From NCBI RefSeq assembly GCF_003334765.1, contig NZ_QOWT01000010.1: a stretch of 64,000 bases of DNA. One strand, given 5' to 3'. The stretch's first letter is position 1, and the number at the start of each line of letters is the position of its first letter. Below the pieces are notes generated by a model. That model saw only the letters and a program-made list of their open reading frames with translations. It ran no database searches and was not told the origin of the DNA. The DNA comes from Escherichia coli (GTDB lineage: Bacteria > Pseudomonadota > Gammaproteobacteria > Enterobacterales > Enterobacteriaceae). This document shows positions 14,931-29,123 of this stretch, piece by piece. The position numbers and the translations under genes were made by a program.

Positions 14931-15004
14931 TTGCCAGATGCGGCGTGAACGCCTTATCTGCCCTACGATTTCGTGCAAATTCGAACCGTAGGCCAGTACG
15001 GGCG
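14931..15004. repeat. REP palindromic element(s)
   Basis: gccagatgcggcgtgaacgccttatctgccctacg ... cgtaggccagtacgggcg immediately after the tex stop. Confidence 0.7.
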
Positions 15005-15005
15005 T

Positions 15006-17327
15006 TTAACGTTTTTTGCCCATTGCCGCCGCCAGCGCATCCATCATCGCGCTATTACCGGCAGGCTGCGCTTCACGACCGCGTGGTTTGGCTGCCGGGC
15101 GGTTGTTTTGCGGGCGTTCATTACCGCCGCCGCGACGAGCGTTGGTTTCGCCAGGCTGCTCATCCAGGCGCATAGTCAGGGCGATACGTTTACGCTGAAG
15201 ATCCACTTCCAGCACTTTCACCTTCACAATGTCGCCCGCTTTCACCACGGTATGCGGATCTTCCACAAACTTGTTCGACAATGAAGAGATGTGAACCAGG
15301 CCGTCCTGATGCACGCCAATATCGACAAACGCGCCAAAGTTGGTGACGTTGGTCACTGCGCCTTCGAGGATCATACCCGGTTGCAGGTCGTTCATTGTCT
15401 CGACGCCATCGGCAAACTGAGCGGTTTTAAATTCCGGACGCGGATCGCGACCCGGTTTTTCCAGCTCTTTGATGATGTCGGTTACCGTCGGCACACCGAA
15501 TTTCTCATCAGTAAAGTCAGACGCTTTCAGGTTACGCAGTTCGCTGCTGTTACCCATCAGATCTTTCAGTGCCTGCTGTGTTGCTGCCAGAATGCGTTCC
15601 ACCACCGGATAGGCTTCCGGGTGAACGGTAGACGCGTCCAGCGGGTTATCACCGTGGTTAATGCGCAAGAAGCCCGCGCACTGCTCGAAGGCTTTCGGCC
15701 CCAGACGGCTCACTTTTAACAGTTGCTGACGGTTCTGGAACTGACCGTTCTCATCGCGCCAGGCAACGATGTTTTGCGCCATCATGCGCGTCAGGCCCGC
15801 CACGCGGGTTAACAGCGGAACAGAAGCAGTGTTGAGATCGACGCCAACGGCGTTTACGCAGTCTTCTACTACTGCGTCCAGTTTGCGGGCCAGTTGCGTC
15901 TGGCTGACGTCATGCTGATACTGACCTACGCCGATAGATTTCGGATCGATTTTCACCAGCTCCGCCAGCGGATCCTGCAAACGGCGGGCGATAGACACCG
16001 CGCCACGCAGCGAAACGTCGAGATCCGGGAACTCCTGTGCAGCCAGCTCGGAAGCCGAGTAAACCGACGCGCCTGCTTCGCTGACGATTACTTTCTGCGC
16101 GGTCACTTTCGGGAACTGCTTCTGCACATCGAGATAGAAACGCTCAGTTTCGCGGGAAGCTGTACCGTTACCGATCGCTACCAGTTCAACGTTATGTTTT
16201 TCACACAGCGCAGCAACGGTCATCGCTGCTTTTGCGGCCTGTCCGGTGTGCGGGTAAATGGTGTCGGTCGCCACCAGTTTGCCAGTGGCATCGACCACCG
16301 CCACTTTTACCCCAGTACGCAGACCCGGATCGAGGCCCATCGTTGCACGCAGTCCGGCAGGGGCCGCCATCAGCAGATCGTGCAGGTTACGGGCAAAGAC
16401 GTTGATTGCTTCATCTTCCGCACGTTCGCGCACGGTGCCCATCAGTTCGGTTTCCAGATGCATCAGCACCTTGATGCGCCACGTCCAGCTCACCACGCCT
16501 TTGCGCCAGCTATCCGCCGGGGCATTGTTCAGGCGCAGGCCAAGGTGATCCATGATGATTTGCTCGCAATAGCTCTCTTTGGGCGGCTCATCGAACTGTG
16601 GATCGGCATTCAGCGAAAGCTGAAGTACGCCTTCGTTACGCCCACGGAACATCGCCAGCGCGCGGTGAGAAGGCACCGTGGACAACGGTTCGTGATGATC
16701 GAAATAGTCGCGGAATTTCGCCCCTTCCTCTTCTTTACCGCTCACCACCGTAGAAACCAAATGCGCGTTCTTCCACAGATAATCACGCACTTTCGCCAGC
16801 AGCGCGGCATCTTCGGCAAACCGTTCCATCAGGATATAGCGCGCGCCATCCAGCGCGGCTTTGGTATCTGCCACGCCTTTATCGGCATCAACATATTGTG
16901 CAGCGGCGACTTCTGGCGTGTGTGACGGATCGCTCCACAGCAGGTCAGCCAACGGCTCAAGCCCTGCTTCAATGGCGATTTGCCCGCGGGTGCGGCGTTT
17001 AGGTTTGTAGGGCAGGTAGAGGTCTTCGAGTTCGGTTTTGCTTAGGGTGGCGTTGATGGCCTTCGCCAGATCATCGGTGAGTTTGCCTTGCTCGGAAATG
17101 GACTTGAGGATCGCCTGACGTCTCTCTTCCAGCTCGCGCAGATAGCTCAGACGCGTTTCCAGATTACGCAGCTGCGTGTCATCCAGACCGCCGGTGATTT
17201 CCTTACGATAACGTGCGATAAACGGCACGGTATTCCCTTCGTCAAGCAGGCGAACGGCAGCGTCAACCTGTTCCGGGCGCGCCTGAATTTCACCCGCAAT
17301 AATGCGGCAGAACGAATCATTCATCAT
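15006..17327 (-). CDS. tex: Tex-like transcription accessory protein with S1 domain (YhgF)
   Basis: 773-aa ORF; [43 protein letters not shown] (Tex N-terminus); C-terminal S1-like region and basic tail. Confidence 0.93.
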   Translation of the reverse strand: MMNDSFCRIIAGEIQARPEQVDAAVRLLDEGNTVPFIARYRKEITGGLDDTQLRNLETRLSYLRELEERRQAILKSISEQGKLTDDLAKAINATLSKTELEDLYLPYKPKRRTRGQIAIEAGLEPLADLLWSDPSHTPEVAAAQYVDADKGVADTKAALDGARYILMERFAEDAALLAKVRDYLWKNAHLVSTVVSGKEEEGAKFRDYFDHHEPLSTVPSHRALAMFRGRNEGVLQLSLNADPQFDEPPKESYCEQIIMDHLGLRLNNAPADSWRKGVVSWTWRIKVLMHLETELMGTVRERAEDEAINVFARNLHDLLMAAPAGLRATMGLDPGLRTGVKVAVVDATGKLVATDTIYPHTGQAAKAAMTVAALCEKHNVELVAIGNGTASRETERFYLDVQKQFPKVTAQKVIVSEAGASVYSASELAAQEFPDLDVSLRGAVSIARRLQDPLAELVKIDPKSIGVGQYQHDVSQTQLARKLDAVVEDCVNAVGVDLNTASVPLLTRVAGLTRMMAQNIVAWRDENGQFQNRQQLLKVSRLGPKAFEQCAGFLRINHGDNPLDASTVHPEAYPVVERILAATQQALKDLMGNSSELRNLKASDFTDEKFGVPTVTDIIKELEKPGRDPRPEFKTAQFADGVETMNDLQPGMILEGAVTNVTNFGAFVDIGVHQDGLVHISSLSNKFVEDPHTVVKAGDIVKVKVLEVDLQRKRIALTMRLDEQPGETNARRGGGNERPQNNRPAAKPRGREAQPAGNSAMMDALAAAMGKKR

Positions 17328-17423
17328 GGTTTGAGTTCATCTTTTCGGATCAAAAATCAGGGGATAGTTATACGGACTGGCTGGCAAAAATGCCAGCCAT
17401 CGGCAGGAGGTTAAGACTCTTCC

Positions 17424-17900
17424 TTACGGTTTCACGTACTCGATAGCATTAACATACCAGCTCGCTTCCCCGGCAGGGGTATTCACCACCGCCAGATCGC
17501 CGACTTCTTTTTTCAGCAATGCGCGGGCCATCGGGGAATCGATAGAGATGTAATCTTTACGGCCAAAAATTTCATCGTAGCCGACAATACGGAAACGGTG
17601 AGTCACGCCATCGTCGTTTTCAATCTCCACCCACGCGCCAAAAAAGACTTTGCCTTCCTGCTGAGGGGAGTAATCGACGATTTTGAGATTTTCCAGGCAT
17701 TTAGTGAGATAGCGCACGCGACGGTCGATTTCACGCAGACGCTTTTTATTATACTGATAGTCAGCATTTTCGCTGCGGTCGCCCAGACTTGCGGCCCAGG
17801 TCACCTTTTTTGTGACCTCCGGGCGTTCTTCACGCCAGAGATAATTAAGCTCTTGTTTGAGTTTTTCATACCCTTCCCGGGTAACCAGGGGCGTTTTCAT
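17424..17900 (-). CDS. greB: Transcription elongation factor GreB
   Basis: 158 aa from internal ATG at 17900 (MKTPLVTREGYEKLKQELNYLW); ORF track has a 12-codon upstream extension. Confidence 0.92.
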   Translation of the reverse strand: MKTPLVTREGYEKLKQELNYLWREERPEVTKKVTWAASLGDRSENADYQYNKKRLREIDRRVRYLTKCLENLKIVDYSPQQEGKVFFGAWVEIENDDGVTHRFRIVGYDEIFGRKDYISIDSPMARALLKKEVGDLAVVNTPAGEASWYVNAIEYVKP

Positions 17901-18127
17901 CTCGTTGATTCCCTTTGTCTGTTTGATAATGCGCACATTGGGTATAACGTGATCATATCAACAGAATCAATAATGTTTCGCCGAATAAATTGTATACTTA
18001 AGCTGCTGTTTAATATGCTTTGTAACAATTTAGGCTGAAATTCATACCAGATTTAGCTGGTGACGAACGTGAGCTTTTTTAAGAATACACGCTTACAAAT
18101 TGTTGCGAACCTTTGGGAGTACAAACA

Positions 18128-20196
<2,069 letters not shown>

Positions 20197-20197
20197 A

Positions 20198-20233
20198 TAA
20201 ACGGGAGGCGAAGGTGCCTCCCGTTTTGCTTTC
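20198..20233. terminator. Bidirectional rho-independent terminator between envZ and pck
   Basis: acgggaggc-gaaggt-gcctcccgt hairpin with T-run on plus and A-run upstream (T-run on minus). Confidence 0.7.
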
Positions 20234-20271
20234 TATAAGATACTGGATAGATATTCTCCAGCTTCAAATCA

Positions 20272-21894
20272 TTACAGTTTCGGACCAGCCGCTACCAGCG
20301 CGGCACCCGCAGGGGTGTCGGTGTATTTATCGAAGTTGTCGATAAACAGTTTCGCCAGGGTTTCGGCTTTTTCCTGCCACTGTTCCGGAGAAGCGTAGGT
20401 GTTACGCGGATCGAGAATCTTCGTGTCTACGCCCGGCAGTTCGGTTGGGATCGCCAGGTTAAACATCGGCAGAGTGAAGGTTTCTGCATTATCCAGCGAA
20501 CCGTTGAGGATGGCGTCGATAATGGCGCGGGTATCTTTAATCGAGATACGTTTGCCAGTGCCGTTCCAGCCAGTGTTAACCAGATAAGCCTGCGCGCCCG
20601 CCGCCTGCATACGTTTCACCAGCACTTCTGCGTACTGAGTCGGGTGCAGCGACAGGAATGCCGCGCCGAAGCAAGCGGAGAAGGTTGGCGTCGGTTCGGT
20701 GATGCCACGCTCAGTACCGGCCAGTTTGGCGGTGAAGCCAGAGAGGAAGTGATACTGGGTTTGATCGGCAGTCAGGCGAGAAACCGGCGGCAACACGCCG
20801 AAAGCATCAGCAGTCAGGAAGATAACCTTAGTCGCGTGGCCCGCTTTGGAAACCGGCTTAACAATGTTATCGATGTGATAGATCGGATAAGAAACGCGGG
20901 TGTTCTCGGTTTTTGAACCATCATCAAAGTCGATAGTGCCATCTTCACGCACGGTGACGTTTTCCAGCAACGCATCACGACGGATAGCGTTGTAGATTTC
21001 AGGTTCCGCTTCTTTCGACAGCTTGATAGTTTTTGCGTAGCAGCCGCCTTCGAAGTTAAACACGCCGTCATCGTCCCAGCCGTGTTCGTCATCGCCAATC
21101 AGGCGACGTTTCGGGTCGGTGGAAAGGGTGGTTTTACCGGTGCCGGAAAGGCCGAAGAACACCGCAACATCGCCTTTCTCACCAACGTTGGCGGAGCAGT
21201 GCATAGAAGCGATACCTTTCAGCGGCAGCAGGTAGTTCATCATCGAGAACATCCCTTTCTTCATTTCGCCGCCGTACCAGGTGCCGCCAATCAGCTGCAT
21301 GCGCTCGGTCAGGTTAAACGCCACGAAGTTTTCGGAGTTGAGACCCTGTTCTTTCCACTGCGGGTTAGTGCACTTCGCGCCGTTCATAACGATAAAGTCT
21401 GGTTTGAAACCTGCCAGTTCTTCATCGCTCGGGCGAATAAACATGTTTTTGACAAAATGCGCCTGCCAGGCCACTTCGGTGATGAAACGGACGGAAAGAC
21501 GAGTATCCGGGTTCGCACCACAGAAAGCGTCGACAACGAACAGACGTTTGCCGGAAAGCTGCCTGGTCACCAGGCCTTTCAGATGCTGCCAGGTTTCCGG
21601 AGAGAGAGGTTTGTTGTCGTTCTTACCTTTGCCTTTGTCTGCCCACCAGAAAGTATCGCGAGTGGTATCGTCACGGACGATATACTTATCTTTTGGTGAA
21701 CGACCGGTGAAGATCCCGGTATCGACGGCAACGGCACCCAGATTAGTTAACACCCCGCGCTCATAACCTGTCAGGCTCGGATCGAGCTCTTCCTGATACA
21801 GCAGGTCGTAGCTTGGGTTGTAAACGATATCATGTACGTCACTGATACCATAAGCCTCGAGTTCTTGCGGGGTCAAACCATTGTTAACGCGCAT
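20272..21894 (-). CDS. pck: Phosphoenolpyruvate carboxykinase (ATP)
   Basis: 540 aa from internal ATG at 21894 ([34 protein letters not shown]); kinase P-loop GLSGTGKTT; ORF track has a 23-codon extension. Confidence 0.95.
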   Translation of the reverse strand: MRVNNGLTPQELEAYGISDVHDIVYNPSYDLLYQEELDPSLTGYERGVLTNLGAVAVDTGIFTGRSPKDKYIVRDDTTRDTFWWADKGKGKNDNKPLSPETWQHLKGLVTRQLSGKRLFVVDAFCGANPDTRLSVRFITEVAWQAHFVKNMFIRPSDEELAGFKPDFIVMNGAKCTNPQWKEQGLNSENFVAFNLTERMQLIGGTWYGGEMKKGMFSMMNYLLPLKGIASMHCSANVGEKGDVAVFFGLSGTGKTTLSTDPKRRLIGDDEHGWDDDGVFNFEGGCYAKTIKLSKEAEPEIYNAIRRDALLENVTVREDGTIDFDDGSKTENTRVSYPIYHIDNIVKPVSKAGHATKVIFLTADAFGVLPPVSRLTADQTQYHFLSGFTAKLAGTERGITEPTPTFSACFGAAFLSLHPTQYAEVLVKRMQAAGAQAYLVNTGWNGTGKRISIKDTRAIIDAILNGSLDNAETFTLPMFNLAIPTELPGVDTKILDPRNTYASPEQWQEKAETLAKLFIDNFDKYTDTPAGAALVAAGPKL

Positions 21895-22012
21895 TTCACT
21901 GCTCCTTAGCCAATATGTATTGCCTGAATAGTAAAGTCTTTTTGGGGGTGTTAACCGCGACAAGGCTCATAGATTTACGTATCTGGAGAAATTCATATTT
22001 GACAAAAAACTC

Positions 22013-22028
22013 CGTGATTCCTGTCACG
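22013..22028. promoter_or_regulatory. Candidate CRP site upstream of pck
   Basis: cGTGAttcctgTCACg (GTGA-N6-TCAC), about 120-135 bp upstream of the pck ATG. Confidence 0.5.
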
Positions 22029-22272
22029 AAACGGTTGCTATTATCGCAGAAATAGCATTTTAGGTGTGGAAAATGTTCTCAAAAGGTTAAATCTTGGTTT
22101 ATATGGCGGGAATATTGTGAGTGGAATCGCATTCCTGAATGAAATTGATGCAAATTCAACCGGTAAAGTATCGATTCACCACGCTAACTTTTTTTGATTA
22201 TTTTCTGAAAAAAGCAAAATACTACTGCCCGGATGCGATAATTAACCCACCTTTTGATTCTGGATAACCAAC

Positions 22273-23997
22273 ATGGATAACGTTGAACTTTCACCCGCAA
22301 CACGCTGGGGGATGATTGCTACCGGATTACTTCAGGGTCTGGTTTGCTACCTGCTGATCGCCTGGCTTTCCGGAAAAAATCACAGTTGGATTGTTTATGG
22401 CGTGCCTGCGACCGTCGCGTTTTCATCCGTTTTACTCTTCTCCGTGATCTCTTTTAAACAGAAGCGCCTTTGGGGATGGCTGGCGCTAGTGTTTATTGCC
22501 ACGCTGGGGATGAGCGGCTGGCTGAAGTGGCAAACTGATGGCATGAACCCCTGGAGAGCTGAAAAGGCGCTTTGGGATTTTGGTTGCTATCTGCTGTTGA
22601 TGGCAATGTTGTTGCTACCGTGGATACAACAAAGCCTTCGCATCCGCAATGACAGTAGCCGCTATCGCTATTTTTACCAGTCAGTATGGCATAACGTACT
22701 TATATTACTGGTGATTTTTCTCGCCAATGGCTTGACGTGGCTGGTGCTTTTACTGTGGAGTGAGTTGTTTAAACTTGTTGGCATCACGTTTTTCAATACG
22801 CTCTTTTTTGCAACCGACTGGTTTATTTATCTCACGTTAGGTCTGGTTACCGCGCTGGCGGTGATCCTCGCGCGAACACAGTCACGTTTAATCGACTCTA
22901 TTCAAAAGTTGTTCACGTTAATCGCCACGGGGTTGCTGCCGTTAGTATCATTGCTAACCCTGATGTTTATCATCACCCTGCCGTTTACGGGCCTGAGCGC
23001 GATTTCTCGCCACATCTCCGCCGCCGGGTTGCTGTTGACGCTGGCCTTTTTGCAATTGATCTTAATGGCTATTGTCCGCGATCCGCAAAAAGCGTCACTT
23101 CCCTGGACAGGGCCGTTGCGTTGCCTGATTAAAACCGCTTTGCTGGTTGCTCCGCTGTATGTGTTCGTCGCCGCCTGGGCGTTATGGCTGCGGGTCGCTC
23201 AGTACGGCTGGACTGTCGACCGCTTGCAGGGCGTGCTGGCGGTGCTGGTGTTACTGGTGTGGTCGCTGGGGTATTTTGTCAGCATCGTCTGGCGTAAAGG
23301 GCAAAATCCCGTTGTTCTTCAGGGCAAAGTGAACCTTGCGGTTTCGTTATTGGTGTTGGTGATACTGGTGCTTCTTAATTCGCCGGTGCTGGACAGTATG
23401 CGCATTAGCGTGAACAGCCATATGGCGCGTTATCAGAGCGGCAAAAACACGTCAGACCAGGTAACTATCTACATGCTCGAGCAGAGCGGTCGCTATGGAC
23501 GTGCTGCGCTTGAGTCGCTGAAAAGCGATGCCGGGTTTATGAAAGACCCGAAACGCGCGCGGGATCTGCTGATGGCGTTAGATGGAGAGCAACATCTTCA
23601 GCAACAGGTATCGGAAAAAGTATTAGCCGATAATGTGTTAATTGCCCCTGGTTCTGTTAAACCTGATGCGACATTCTGGTCGGCCTTAATCCAGGATCGC
23701 TATAACGTGATGACCTGTATTGAAAAAGACGCCTGCGTCCTGGTCGAGCAAGATCTGAATAGTGATGGTCAGGCGGAGCGGATCCTGTTTGCTTTTAATG
23801 ATGACAGAGTCATTGTCTATGGCTTTGACTCAGACAGAAAAGAATGGGACGCGCTTGATATGAGTTTACTTCCGAACGAAATAACGAAAGAAAAATTACT
23901 CACAGCTGCGAAGGATGGAAAACTGGGGACGAAGCCTAAAGCGTGGCGCGATCTTGTAGTGGATGGTGAAAGGCTGAATGTGAATCTGAATGAGTGA
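22273..23997 (+). CDS. yhgE: Inner membrane protein YhgE (multi-pass, function unknown)
   Basis: 574-aa ORF; [35 protein letters not shown]; many hydrophobic segments. Confidence 0.85.
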
Positions 23998-24059
23998 CAA
24001 AGCGCATCAGGTGTATTAGTCGTAAAATCCGGCAGAGCCCTCTCTGCCGGACATACTCA

Positions 24060-24938
24060 TTAATGAACTTGCGGATCTGCCGGAGACGCGTTGTTGCGGA
24101 TTTCAGCAATATCCATCGCATTGAACAGATAGTGGTTACCGCAGTAATCACAATGCATGTCAATTTCGCCATCTTCCGCCAGGATGCTATCAACTTCTTC
24201 ATCAGGCAGCGTTTTCAGCGCATCGGCGCAACGTTCACGCGAGCAGGTGCATTTGAACTCCACATCCTGCGGATCGTAAACCGTCACCTCTTCTTCGTGA
24301 TACAAACGCCACAACACTTCGTTTGCCGGTAAGGTCAGCAGTTCTTCGGTTTTGATGGTTTCGGTTAGCGTCGCCAGGTGGTCAAAGTCGTCCTGCTGGG
24401 CATTTTGCGCAGGCATTACCTGCAACAACATACCGCCTGCAGCCGGTTTGCCGTCTACGTCGCCGGTGCGAATAAACAGGCGCGTCGGCAGCTGTTCAGA
24501 ACGCATAAAGTAATCTTCCAGGCAGGCCGCCAGGGTATCACCTTCCAGACCAACTACGCCCTGATAGCGTTCGCCTTCGCTCGGGGTAATGGTGATCACC
24601 ACGTAACCATTGCCGACCAGCGTTTTCAGGTCGGCATTTTCTGGAATTTCGCCCTGCACGCGCGCCACACCGCGCATCTGCTGGTTATTGTTACCGTTAA
24701 TAACCGCCAGATTCATCGGACCGTCGCCCTGCAGCTGTACGGTGATATCACCATCAAACTTCAGCGTAGCGGTTAACAGGCTGGTCGCAACCAGCAGTTC
24801 TGCCAGCACGTTTTTAACGGGCTGCGGATAATCGTGGTTCTCAAGGATCTGTTGCAGGGTTTCCGAAACGGTTACCAGTTCGCCGCGCACGGCAAAGTTT
24901 TCAAACAGATAGCGATGTAATTGGTCATGTTGCGGCAT
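24060..24938 (-). CDS. hslO: Redox-regulated chaperone Hsp33
   Basis: [22 protein letters not shown]...; C-terminal Zn-binding CxC...CxxC (KCTCSRERC ... HCDYCGNHY); start taken as the second ATG (292 aa), ORF track gives MIMPQ (294 aa). Confidence 0.92.
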   Translation of the reverse strand: MPQHDQLHRYLFENFAVRGELVTVSETLQQILENHDYPQPVKNVLAELLVATSLLTATLKFDGDITVQLQGDGPMNLAVINGNNNQQMRGVARVQGEIPENADLKTLVGNGYVVITITPSEGERYQGVVGLEGDTLAACLEDYFMRSEQLPTRLFIRTGDVDGKPAAGGMLLQVMPAQNAQQDDFDHLATLTETIKTEELLTLPANEVLWRLYHEEEVTVYDPQDVEFKCTCSRERCADALKTLPDEEVDSILAEDGEIDMHCDYCGNHYLFNAMDIAEIRNNASPADPQVH

Positions 24939-24962
24939 AATCATCTCTCTTGCAGGTGACAG

Positions 24963-25364
24963 TTATTCACTGTCGCCGTGTTTAAATCGTAACAGGTCGC
25001 GGCGCTCTTTTTTGTCCGGGCGTCGGTCCGGGTGCGGCATGGTTAAGGCATTAAGTTTACGTGCCAGCGCCATTTTTTCGCGTTTCTCTACACTTTCCGC
25101 AGTCTCTTCATACAGCAAGGCTGCCTCGCTGGCGGGGCGACGCTGTTCAGTAATCGCCTTTACAATCACCGTGCGTTCGTCATTTCCCTGGCGCAGAGTG
25201 AGCGTGGCATTCAGCTCGACGATTTTGCTCGGCTTGCTGCGCTGCCCGTTGTAATGCACCTTACCGCCTTCAATCATTTCACGGGCCAGCGCGCGGGTTT
25301 TATAAAAACGGGCAGCCCATAGCCATTTATCCAGTCGAACCTCAACAGCAGGTTTCTCTTTCAT
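24963..25364 (-). CDS. hslR: Heat shock protein Hsp15 (ribosome-associated, S4-like RNA-binding)
   Basis: 133-aa ORF MKEKPAVEVRLDKWLWAARFYKTRALAREMIEGGKVHYNG. Confidence 0.93.
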   Translation of the reverse strand: MKEKPAVEVRLDKWLWAARFYKTRALAREMIEGGKVHYNGQRSKPSKIVELNATLTLRQGNDERTVIVKAITEQRRPASEAALLYEETAESVEKREKMALARKLNALTMPHPDRRPDKKERRDLLRFKHGDSE

Positions 25365-25374
25365 GGCGTCTCCT

Positions 25375-26043
25375 TCACATTAGCGAGGGGATCAGGCGGC
25401 GGTAGTCATTCAGTGACGGATGGCGTTGATACTGTTTCTCGGCAATCCCGGAATCAGGATTAGTCACGCCGAGGCAGTAACGAATACCAAATTGCGCGGC
25501 AGCATCGAGAATCGCTTCGCTGTCATCAATAAACAGCGTTCTTTCAGCTTTCAGACCCGTAGCTTCGGCCACCGCATGCCATAACCGCTGATCCTCTTTC
25601 GGATAACCAAATGTGTGGGTGGAAAGTAATAAATCAAGGTGTGCGTCCAGACCGGTATGCTCAAGTTTTACCGCCAGGTTGTGCGGATGCGCATTGGTGA
25701 GCAAAATTCGCTGCTTACCGCTGGCTTTCAGTGCCTCAAGAAACGGAATGGTATCTTCACGCAGTACGGCACGCGGTCCCATCTCGGTGGTCATCGCACA
25801 GATATCCAGACCCAGTTGCTCACTCCAGTAATCAAGACAGTACCAGTTTAGCGTATGCTGTACGTCGTGATATTGCTGGCGCATATATTCCATCGCTTCC
25901 TGTGGCGTAACCCCGTTTTTCGCGCCCCATGTTTCAGGCACCAGCTTTTGCCAGAAATAGTTATCGAAGGCGAGGTCGAGCAACGTGCCGTCCATATCCA
26001 GCAGAACGGTATCTACGTCCTGCCAGGCAATGTTGATATGCAT
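25375..26043 (-). CDS. yrfG: HAD-family purine nucleotidase YrfG
   Basis: 222 aa from internal ATG at 26043 (MHINIAWQDVDTVLLDMDGTLLD, HAD motif I DxDGT); ORF track has a 15-codon extension. Confidence 0.9.
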   Translation of the reverse strand: MHINIAWQDVDTVLLDMDGTLLDLAFDNYFWQKLVPETWGAKNGVTPQEAMEYMRQQYHDVQHTLNWYCLDYWSEQLGLDICAMTTEMGPRAVLREDTIPFLEALKASGKQRILLTNAHPHNLAVKLEHTGLDAHLDLLLSTHTFGYPKEDQRLWHAVAEATGLKAERTLFIDDSEAILDAAAQFGIRYCLGVTNPDSGIAEKQYQRHPSLNDYRRLIPSLM

Positions 26044-26107
26044 GAGGGAAATCTCCAGAGTGAAGCAATTTGCGCGACAGGGTAGCATAACCTGCCGCGC
26101 AAACGTG

Positions 26108-28243
26108 TTATTCGATAAGGCTTTCTGAAGGGGTGATCAGTTGCGGGTTCAGGCAGCTTTCATAATAGGCCTGAATCTCCATCATGCGAGTGCGATGACG
26201 CTGGTAACGACGCCAGGCCTGTACGCCATTGTAAATGGCGCTACCCAGCATCGTCAGTAGCAGCAATGTGGTGCTGAGATAGCGCCACAGGCCGGAACGA
26301 TCCGGGATCGGATGAAGGCCAATATGCTGCGTACCATTGGCGTCAGTGAAGATTTTTGTGACGATACCCTCGGCGTTAAACGGCGTATGCATCAGCATTT
26401 GTGCCAGTTTCTGGAAAGCGTTCCACTGTTCTTGCGGCGGGTAGTCGTAAAGTGATGCCGAAGGCCAGGGCTGATCAACAAAATCGCTGCCTTCGTCGCT
26501 GACAATCAGGAATCCGCCGGGGGCCGGACTGTTTAGTGATTGTGCCGCTCGCGCCGTTTCATGCGTGATAAACGGCGCGGTGGAGGTTGCCACCAGGTTA
26601 TCCAGCGATTCCGCACTCACCGGGCGTAATAACACATTCACGCCATCGAGCTTCCCGGCGTTGGCGCGTTTTACCAGCGCGTCCCAGTCTTTACTGTTGC
26701 CGAGATTGACCAGCGCATTTTTCAGTCGCACACAGTCATCTTTGGCAGAACATAAATCCGCTGTCTTCAGTACAATGTCGCCAAAATCATCAAGCAATAC
26801 CATGCCGGATTTTTGAATTGCTGAACGTAATGAGGCACTGACGCGAGATTCATCTTCCGGTTTAGGGTGCAGCTGGCGATTAACTGCTTCAGTCAATGCC
26901 GTCGCTTTGTTGACCAGTTCAGATTCTGGTAATGGCAATGAGCGGGCGTCGTTCCAGATGATCTGCGAGCAGTCAAACGGTAAAAAAGGTGAATTGGTTT
27001 TCGCGCTCCAGGTTCCGGAAGTTCGAATATTACACATTCCCGTACCGCTAATACGCAATGTATCGCCTACCCGCACGCCAGCGTCAGCCAGTTGTTTTAC
27101 GCTGGTGGCTTCAATGGTCTGCGCGCCTTTCATCCATGAGAGAGTGAATTTCAGCGGCATATCCAGCGGGATCCAGAATAACAGCATAAACAGCACCAGC
27201 AGCGAGCCCGCAGCGATAATCGTACTGCGCAGCCAGTGCTGTAACGGAAAGTTTTTTACTTCATCATGCAGCGAAAGATATCGTCCCTGACGCACTACAT
27301 GGCGGTCGAGATAGATATCGATATCGGTTTGTTGACCGAGATCCTGAGCAATGTATGGCTGCCAGTGTGCGGGATAGACCAGGTCGATAATACCGAGTGA
27401 AATATTGTTGATCTGTTCCTGATCGTTTTCGCCAAACAATCCCCAACGACGGGGTGTACCGCGCAGACAATGAATTTCCCGCAGGGAGGATTTTGCCGGG
27501 GGCGCGAATAGCCCCCACAGACCTGCGCCCAGCAGCAGTAACGCGCCGCCTGCCAGCCACGGAACAAATACATCCGGGGTAATCAGGCAGAAAAAGAACA
27601 TCAGGAAGGAGGCGACGATCAGCAACGCTTCACGCAGCCCGCGCGGACGACTCAGCGCATATTCTTCATGCGTTTCTTTGCGAATATTGAGTAGCTCGAT
27701 TTGCTCACTCTCTTCCCCGCGAATCGACGCCTGCGTTGACGGAACAGGTTGCAAGGCATAGCTGCGAGTTTCCTGCATGTACTCCTGCAGCGTATGACCG
27801 TTGAGTGAAATAACCAGCGGCAGCGAATCGGTATGAATCAGTTCAACGGTATTCTCATCGTTGATGTACTGTTCCCAGAAAGGGGGCAGGTGGACTTCTA
27901 CCGAATCGAGGTAGTAACGCCATTTATTCGGATCGTCGGTAGAGATGCCGTAACGCGTGATAGCGTGTGTCAGCATCATGACGTTGTTGCTTTCGGCATT
28001 CAGCGCCAGAGAGATCGGTGCCGCGCTGGCTCCCGTTGGGCCAGGCACCTGTAATACCTGCGTCAGGCTCTCAAGATAATTTTCAACGGCGCTACGTTCT
28101 TCAGGTGTGAGTTTACGCGTTTGCGCATCCGCGAAGGCGTTGGTCCAGGGCAGCTGACGCCGTCTGGATCGCACTTTTATCAGCCATCCCGCAAGTAGTG
28201 AGCAGGCCAGCAAAGCAGCTAAAAAAATCACAATGGTGCTCAT
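26108..28243 (-). CDS. igaA: IgaA/YrfF inner membrane regulator of the Rcs phosphorelay
   Basis: 711-aa ORF MSTIVIFLAALLACSLLAGWLIKVRSRRRQLPWTNAFADAQTRKL. Confidence 0.93.
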   Translation of the reverse strand: MSTIVIFLAALLACSLLAGWLIKVRSRRRQLPWTNAFADAQTRKLTPEERSAVENYLESLTQVLQVPGPTGASAAPISLALNAESNNVMMLTHAITRYGISTDDPNKWRYYLDSVEVHLPPFWEQYINDENTVELIHTDSLPLVISLNGHTLQEYMQETRSYALQPVPSTQASIRGEESEQIELLNIRKETHEEYALSRPRGLREALLIVASFLMFFFCLITPDVFVPWLAGGALLLLGAGLWGLFAPPAKSSLREIHCLRGTPRRWGLFGENDQEQINNISLGIIDLVYPAHWQPYIAQDLGQQTDIDIYLDRHVVRQGRYLSLHDEVKNFPLQHWLRSTIIAAGSLLVLFMLLFWIPLDMPLKFTLSWMKGAQTIEATSVKQLADAGVRVGDTLRISGTGMCNIRTSGTWSAKTNSPFLPFDCSQIIWNDARSLPLPESELVNKATALTEAVNRQLHPKPEDESRVSASLRSAIQKSGMVLLDDFGDIVLKTADLCSAKDDCVRLKNALVNLGNSKDWDALVKRANAGKLDGVNVLLRPVSAESLDNLVATSTAPFITHETARAAQSLNSPAPGGFLIVSDEGSDFVDQPWPSASLYDYPPQEQWNAFQKLAQMLMHTPFNAEGIVTKIFTDANGTQHIGLHPIPDRSGLWRYLSTTLLLLTMLGSAIYNGVQAWRRYQRHRTRMMEIQAYYESCLNPQLITPSESLIE

Positions 28244-28562
28244 GCTTTCCCCATCTTACTTAGTCTGTCAGGCGTGGTCAGTCGCACCGGACACAATACA
28301 TGATTCTGCGGTTGGCTATCGGCAAGCGTGGAGTTTAACTTGAGCATCATTAAGCACATCACAGTAACCGCTGATCATAGCAAACCCTCTGAAGGCGGAA
28401 TATCAGCAAATTCCTGGAGTTATTTCAACCTATTGACTTTTAATTTGATTTGAGGACGATTATTTATTAAGTTACATAAATGTAAATAACATGCAATTCA
28501 CATTGCCGAAAGCGTGTCCGATATCGCACAATAACCGCTGATTTCACAGCATAGATCCCACG

Positions 28563-29123
28563 ATGAGCAAATCATTACAAAAACCCACCATTCTGAATGT
28601 TGAAACTGTAGCCCGTTCCCGACTGTTTACCGTCGAGAGCGTGGATCTGGAGTTCAGCAATGGCGTGCGGCGTGTTTATGAACGAATGCGTCCAACCAAC
28701 CGGGAAGCAGTGATGATTGTGCCGATTGTGGACGATCACCTGATCCTGATCCGCGAATACGCAGTGGGAACTGAATCCTACGAATTAGGTTTTTCGAAAG
28801 GATTAATTGATCCGGGTGAAAGCGTCTACGAAGCCGCTAACCGCGAGCTAAAAGAAGAGGTTGGATTTGGAGCGAACGATCTGACTTTTTTGAAGAAGCT
28901 CAGCATGGCACCGTCTTACTTTTCCAGCAAAATGAATATCGTGGTAGCGCAAGATCTCTACCCGGAATCACTGGAAGGCGATGAGCCAGAGCCGCTACCA
29001 CAGGTGCGCTGGCCGCTGGCGCATATGATGGATTTGCTGGAAGACCCTGACTTCAATGAAGCGCGCAATGTCAGTGCGCTGTTCCTCGTGCGCGAATGGT
29101 TGAAAGGGCAGGGGCGAGTGTAA
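28563..29123 (+). CDS. nudE: ADP compounds hydrolase NudE (Nudix)
   Basis: 186-aa ORF; Nudix box GLIDPGESVYEAANRELKEEVG. Confidence 0.93.
   Translation: MSKSLQKPTILNVETVARSRLFTVESVDLEFSNGVRRVYERMRPTNREAVMIVPIVDDHLILIREYAVGTESYELGFSKGLIDPGESVYEAANRELKEEVGFGANDLTFLKKLSMAPSYFSSKMNIVVAQDLYPESLEGDEPEPLPQVRWPLAHMMDLLEDPDFNEARNVSALFLVREWLKGQGRV

Noticed and set aside
17378-17399. 9-bp hairpin tggctggca-aaaa-tgccagcca between tex and greB as a greB terminator
   Set aside because: No T-run follows the stem on the greB-coding (minus) strand; may be a structural element but does not meet intrinsic terminator criteria.
20272-21963. N-terminally extended versions of many ORFs in the track (pck 563 aa, aroK 240 aa, frlC 305 aa, yrfG 237 aa, greB 170 aa, gntX 248 aa, frlR 265 aa, hofM, hofP, yhfY, yhfU, frlA, frlB, ompR, feoB, feoC, hslO)
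   Set aside because: The track takes the longest ORF including non-ATG starts. Internal start codons reproduce the protein lengths and N-termini I recall for the characterised products, and the extensions often overlap the upstream gene or its terminator.
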